The translations under genes and the position numbers were made by a program. Below, in pieces: positions 36,072 through 39,726 of a stretch of DNA of 39,726 bases (its first letter is position 1; every line of letters starts with the position of its first letter). The notes beneath the pieces were generated by a model that was not told the origin of the DNA, made no database searches, and saw only the letters and a list, made by a program, of their open reading frames with translations. Origin of the DNA: a virus (taxonomy: Duplodnaviria > Caudoviricetes); IMG/VR virus record IMGVR_UViG_3300032081_000261, positions 1 through 39,726 of that record; one strand, given 5' to 3'.

Positions 36072-36476
36072 ATGAGTAAAAAAGAAAAAGTAAACATTCC
36101 AGAACCTGAAAGTGTTGAAACTCCTATCGTTGAAGAAGATGTAAAAAGTCAACTTCCTGAACCTAAAGGTTGGAAGATTCTTATAGCGATGCCTAAAGTT
36201 GAAGAAAAAACTGATGGCGGTATTATCAAAGCAACTACAACTCTTAAAGATGAAGAAGTAAGTAATATCTGTGGTTTTGTTCTAAAACTAGGCAGTGAAT
36301 GTTATAACGACTCAAAAAGATTTCCAAGTGGACCTTGGTGCAAACAAGGTGATTGGGTAGTATTTCGTGCTTACTCAGGAACTCGCATGAAAATGTATGG
36401 ACAAGAATTTCGTTTAATTAATGATGACACTGTAGAAGCAGTGGTCGATGATCCAACAGGAGTAGTAAGAGCATGA
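36072..36476 (+). CDS. groES: GroES-like co-chaperonin
   Basis: P.GWKILI, mobile loop EKTDGGII, GDWV.F..YSGT, RLINDD.V.AVV. Confidence 0.88.
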   Translation: MSKKEKVNIPEPESVETPIVEEDVKSQLPEPKGWKILIAMPKVEEKTDGGIIKATTTLKDEEVSNICGFVLKLGSECYNDSKRFPSGPWCKQGDWVVFRAYSGTRMKMYGQEFRLINDDTVEAVVDDPTGVVRA

Positions 36477-37504
36477 GTAAAGCAGAAATAATTAATGAAG
36501 AACCTAATTTTGATGAACCAGCAGTTCAAACAAAAGAAGATCAATTCTTTGGCAAACAAACTCAAATAGATCACACAATACCAGATGATCTAGAAGTTAC
36601 TATTGTTGACGATACTCCTACAGAAGATCAAGGTAAAAAACCTAGAGCAGAAGATACACCAGTTGAAGTTGATGATGATGTAGTAGATAAAGAAATAGCT
36701 GATTACAGCAAAAGAGCTGCAGATCGTATAGCTAAAATTAAATACGAATATCACGAAGAACGCAGAGCTAAAGAAGCAGCAACTAGAGAATCAAAAGAAG
36801 CTGTTCAAAGACTACAAATCTTAATGTCTGAAAATAAAAAACTTCAAGCTATGGTTGATCAAGGTGGAGAAGTTCTTAATAAACAAGCACATAACAATGC
36901 TTTATGGGCAAAACAAAATGCTCAAGCAGAATTTAAAAGAGCCTACGATGAAGGCGATGCTGATGCTATGACTAAAGCACAAGAGATGATAGCTAAAGCT
37001 ACTCTTGCAGAACAACAGTCAATGAATATGGCACAAAGCGTTCAAGCAGAAATTGCAAAAAAATTACCTGTAGAACAACCAGTACAACAAACACAAGAGC
37101 TAGACCCTGATATGAAAGCATGGTCAAGCAAAAATCCTTGGTTTATGAGCACAATACCTGAACATCAAGAAATGAGTTCATATGCTTTAACCATTGATCA
37201 AAGACTTCGTAATCAGGGAATACTTCCTGAACAAGATGCAAAAAAATATTATGCAGAAGTAGATAAAGCTATGCATAAAGAATATCCAAGTTTCTTTGGT
37301 GTTCAAGTAGAAGAGACTGCAAATGTAGTTCACGAAACTAACACACCAAAACGACAACCTTCAACAGTTGTTGCATCCGCCACTAGGGATAGCGGAAATA
37401 AAAAACCCTCGCAAATTCGTTTGACTCAGACCCAAGTTCGTTTAGCACGACAACTTGGAATTAGTCCTGAGCAATACGCAAATCAATTATTAAAGGAGAT
37501 TTAA
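36473..37504 (+). CDS. Putative scaffolding protein
   Basis: Acidic N-terminus, coiled coil, W..KNPWF, C-terminal LT..QV.LA..LG.S.EQYA. Confidence 0.65.
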   Translation: MSKAEIINEEPNFDEPAVQTKEDQFFGKQTQIDHTIPDDLEVTIVDDTPTEDQGKKPRAEDTPVEVDDDVVDKEIADYSKRAADRIAKIKYEYHEERRAKEAATRESKEAVQRLQILMSENKKLQAMVDQGGEVLNKQAHNNALWAKQNAQAEFKRAYDEGDADAMTKAQEMIAKATLAEQQSMNMAQSVQAEIAKKLPVEQPVQQTQELDPDMKAWSSKNPWFMSTIPEHQEMSSYALTIDQRLRNQGILPEQDAKKYYAEVDKAMHKEYPSFFGVQVEETANVVHETNTPKRQPSTVVASATRDSGNKKPSQIRLTQTQVRLARQLGISPEQYANQLLKEI

Positions 37505-37505
37505 T

Positions 37506-38033
37506 ATGTCAGAAGAAACTAAAAATCAATCAGAAGAAGTTAATACTGACTCTCCTGAAACTAATGATAACGAACAAGTGCGTACTCCAAGGAGTGTAGA
37601 AAGTCGAGAAATCGACTCAAGACCAATGAGTTGGGATGCTATAGGTAATCTTCCAGAACCTGATCCGCAAGACGGATGGGTATTTAGATGGGTAAGAACT
37701 GCTCTTTTAGGGCAAACTGACAATCCAAATGTTTCTAGAAGAATGAGAGAAGGGTGGCAACCAGTCCGACTTGAAGATCATCCAGAGCTTCAAATACATA
37801 TGATGGATCATAACTCAGAATGGGCAAAGAAAGGTCATGTTGAAATAGGTGGACAATTATTATGTAAGATGCCTAAAGAGAGAGCAGAAGCAAGGGATAA
37901 ACACTTTGCTGACTTAGCTTCATCTCAAGTGGAATCTGTTGATAATACTTATTTTAAAGACCAAGACAATCGAATGGCGACCAAACAAGTGTTTGAACGC
38001 AAATCGAGAACAACTTTTGGGAAAGATTCCTAG
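37506..38033 (+). CDS. Conserved head-module protein
   Basis: LP.P....GW.FRWVR....G..D..NVS...REGW.PV motif. Confidence 0.7.
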   Translation: MSEETKNQSEEVNTDSPETNDNEQVRTPRSVESREIDSRPMSWDAIGNLPEPDPQDGWVFRWVRTALLGQTDNPNVSRRMREGWQPVRLEDHPELQIHMMDHNSEWAKKGHVEIGGQLLCKMPKERAEARDKHFADLASSQVESVDNTYFKDQDNRMATKQVFERKSRTTFGKDS

Positions 38034-38071
38034 AATCTTTTGTAATTTATTAATTTAGTAAGGAGACAATT

Positions 38072-38659
38072 ATGTCAAGTTCGGCTACTCCACATGGAGC
38101 AAGACCTACAGGTACAGTCGTTGGAAGCCCTTACCAAGGAAAAGTTACCCATTATAAAATTAAAAATGCATATGGAACTTCTATATTCTATGGCGATTTT
38201 GTAAAATGGGGTGATGACAACCCTAATACCACTATCCAAAAAGATACTGGTACTACAGCTTGTACACCAATAGGTGTATTTCTTGGATGTGCTTACACTG
38301 ACCCAACTACAGGTCAATTTACACCCAACCAATATTTCCCAGCTTCAATTGCTGCGGATGATATTGTTGCGTATGTTGCTACTGATCCTTTTATTGTAAT
38401 GCAAATGCAATGCGATGGTGCTGCTGACCAAGATGATCTTGGAAAGAATTGTGCTGTTGTTCAAACTGCAGGTAGTACAGCAATTGGAACTAGCAAAAAC
38501 TCGGTTGATATATCTACTGTAGCAACCACTAATACACTACCTTTAAAAATCATCGACTTTGTTGATGGTCCAGATAGTGCAGTTGGTGATTCCTATACAG
38601 ATGTATTAGTAATGTTTAACGTAGGGCATCAATTGCTCAACACAACTGGCATAGGCTAA
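38072..38659 (+). CDS. Putative capsid decoration/minor capsid protein
   Basis: Thr/Gly-rich, IFYGD.V..GVFLGC.YTDP, immediately before the MCP. Confidence 0.6.
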   Translation: MSSSATPHGARPTGTVVGSPYQGKVTHYKIKNAYGTSIFYGDFVKWGDDNPNTTIQKDTGTTACTPIGVFLGCAYTDPTTGQFTPNQYFPASIAADDIVAYVATDPFIVMQMQCDGAADQDDLGKNCAVVQTAGSTAIGTSKNSVDISTVATTNTLPLKIIDFVDGPDSAVGDSYTDVLVMFNVGHQLLNTTGIG

Positions 38660-38670
38660 GGGGTATATAA

Positions 38671-39585
38671 ATGGCAGCTATATCAAGAGCTAATGAGCTC
38701 AAGCAATTATTACCTGGACTTAACGCCTTGTTTGGTGAAGAGTATGGTAACTACGAAAACGAGCATGAAGAAATTTATGTTACAGAAAATTCCGAAAGAT
38801 CATTTGAGGAAGAACTGAAACTATCTGGCTTCGGTGCAGCACCAGTAAAAGATGAAGGATCAAGTATTAACTATGATACTGCTCAAGAATCTTTTGTGGC
38901 TCGTTACACACACGAAACTATCGCTATGGGATATTCAGTGACCGAAGAAGCAATGGAGGATAACCTTTATGTTTCTTTATCAGCTAGATATACCAAAGCA
39001 CTAGCTCGTGCAATGGCTTATACAAAACAAGTGAAAGCAGCGTATCCATTAAACAATGGGTTCTCAACTACTTTCTCTTCAGGTGATGGTGTTGCATTAT
39101 TCAGCACAGCTCACCCACTTGTAAGCGGTGGAACTAACAGCAATAGACCTTCGTCAGGAGCTGACTTAAATGAAACATCTTTAGAAGATGCGATCATTCA
39201 AATCGGCAAATGGACTGATGAAAGAGGTCTTAAAATTGCAGCTAGACCTAAAAAGCTAATAGTACCTTCTGATCTTCAGTTCGTAGCTACTAGACTTTTA
39301 CAAAGTGACTATAGAGTCGGTACTGCTGACAATGACATCAATGCTATTAAAACTAATGGAGTGATTCCAGAAGGTTATTCAGTTAATCATTATTTAACTG
39401 ATACTAATGCTTTCTTTATCACTACTGATGTTCCAGATGGCATGAAGCATTTTGTCAGAGCACCAATGACCACCTCAATGGATGGTGACTTTGAAACTGG
39501 TAATGTTAGATACAAAGCTAGAGAAAGATATTCCTTTGGAGTATCTGATCCGCTTGGTATCTTTGGATCACCAGGTAGTTCGTAA
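38671..39585 (+). CDS. Major capsid protein
   Basis: 304 aa; MAAISRA..LK.LLPGLNALFG..Y, DGVALFSTAHP, P.KLIVP..L, YKARERYSFG; followed by a terminator. Confidence 0.88.
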   Translation: MAAISRANELKQLLPGLNALFGEEYGNYENEHEEIYVTENSERSFEEELKLSGFGAAPVKDEGSSINYDTAQESFVARYTHETIAMGYSVTEEAMEDNLYVSLSARYTKALARAMAYTKQVKAAYPLNNGFSTTFSSGDGVALFSTAHPLVSGGTNSNRPSSGADLNETSLEDAIIQIGKWTDERGLKIAARPKKLIVPSDLQFVATRLLQSDYRVGTADNDINAIKTNGVIPEGYSVNHYLTDTNAFFITTDVPDGMKHFVRAPMTTSMDGDFETGNVRYKARERYSFGVSDPLGIFGSPGSS

Positions 39586-39592
39586 GGACTTT

Positions 39593-39623
39593 AAAGGGGG
39601 AGCTTATGTTCCCCCTTTTTTTT
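39593..39623 (+). terminator. Intrinsic terminator after the MCP
   Basis: GGGGGAGC-TTAT-GTTCCCCC followed by T8. Confidence 0.85.
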
Positions 39624-39626
39624 ATT

Positions 39627-39686
39627 CTAGGGAATTTTTTAATTTGTCTATCAACTGCCCTAGCAGACTTGCCAAGATGATAGATA
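39627..39686 (+). ncRNA. Candidate pseudoknotted RNA element
   Basis: CTAGGG(39627-32)/CCCTAG(39658-63) crosses TGTCTATCA(39645-53)/TGATAGATA(39678-86). Confidence 0.45.
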
Positions 39687-39706
39687 TTTTCTTTTAGGAG
39701 AAAAAA

Positions 39707-39726
39707 ATGGCTAATACAACATTTAA
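39707..39726 (+). CDS. 5' end of the next virion gene (MANTTF..., partial)
   Basis: SD AGGAG and ATG at 39707; runs off the window. Confidence 0.6.

Noticed and set aside
39482-39697. 71-aa ORF overlapping the MCP end
   Set aside because: Out of frame with the MCP and crosses the terminator and the structured element

Overview
AT-rich segment of a tailed dsDNA phage, probably a marine podovirus-like phage of a proteobacterial host (inference). Four blocks are visible. (1) 1-14577, + strand: internal virion/ejection proteins, including a 3021-aa polyvalent protein. (2) 14579-24799, mostly - strand: recombination/replication genes (RusA-like, Ref/HNH-like, SSB-like, Sak-type annealase, PD-(D/E)XK nuclease, RHH regulators) plus a + strand primase-helicase. 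(3) 24800-30890: a control region and a - strand operon (MoxR-type AAA ATPase, DUF3150-like protein, vWA-metallopeptidase, small ORFs). (4) 30897-39726, + strand: TerS, TerL, portal, GroES, scaffold, MCP. The standout is block 3. Five hammerhead ribozymes (four type III, one type I) lie on the - strand, each predicted to cut 68-85 nt upstream of a start codon. All five downstream genes show UGGAG(G) in a hairpin loop. A candidate ~190-nt sRNA beyond the operon terminator has anti-SD and anti-AUG loops complementary to those start regions. Its promoter abuts three perfect DnaA boxes, with a parS-like palindrome and a recurrent 17-bp motif nearby. No DNA polymerase, RNA polymerase, integrase, tRNA or CRISPR array was seen. 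Protein family calls come from motif recognition by eye; no database searches were run.
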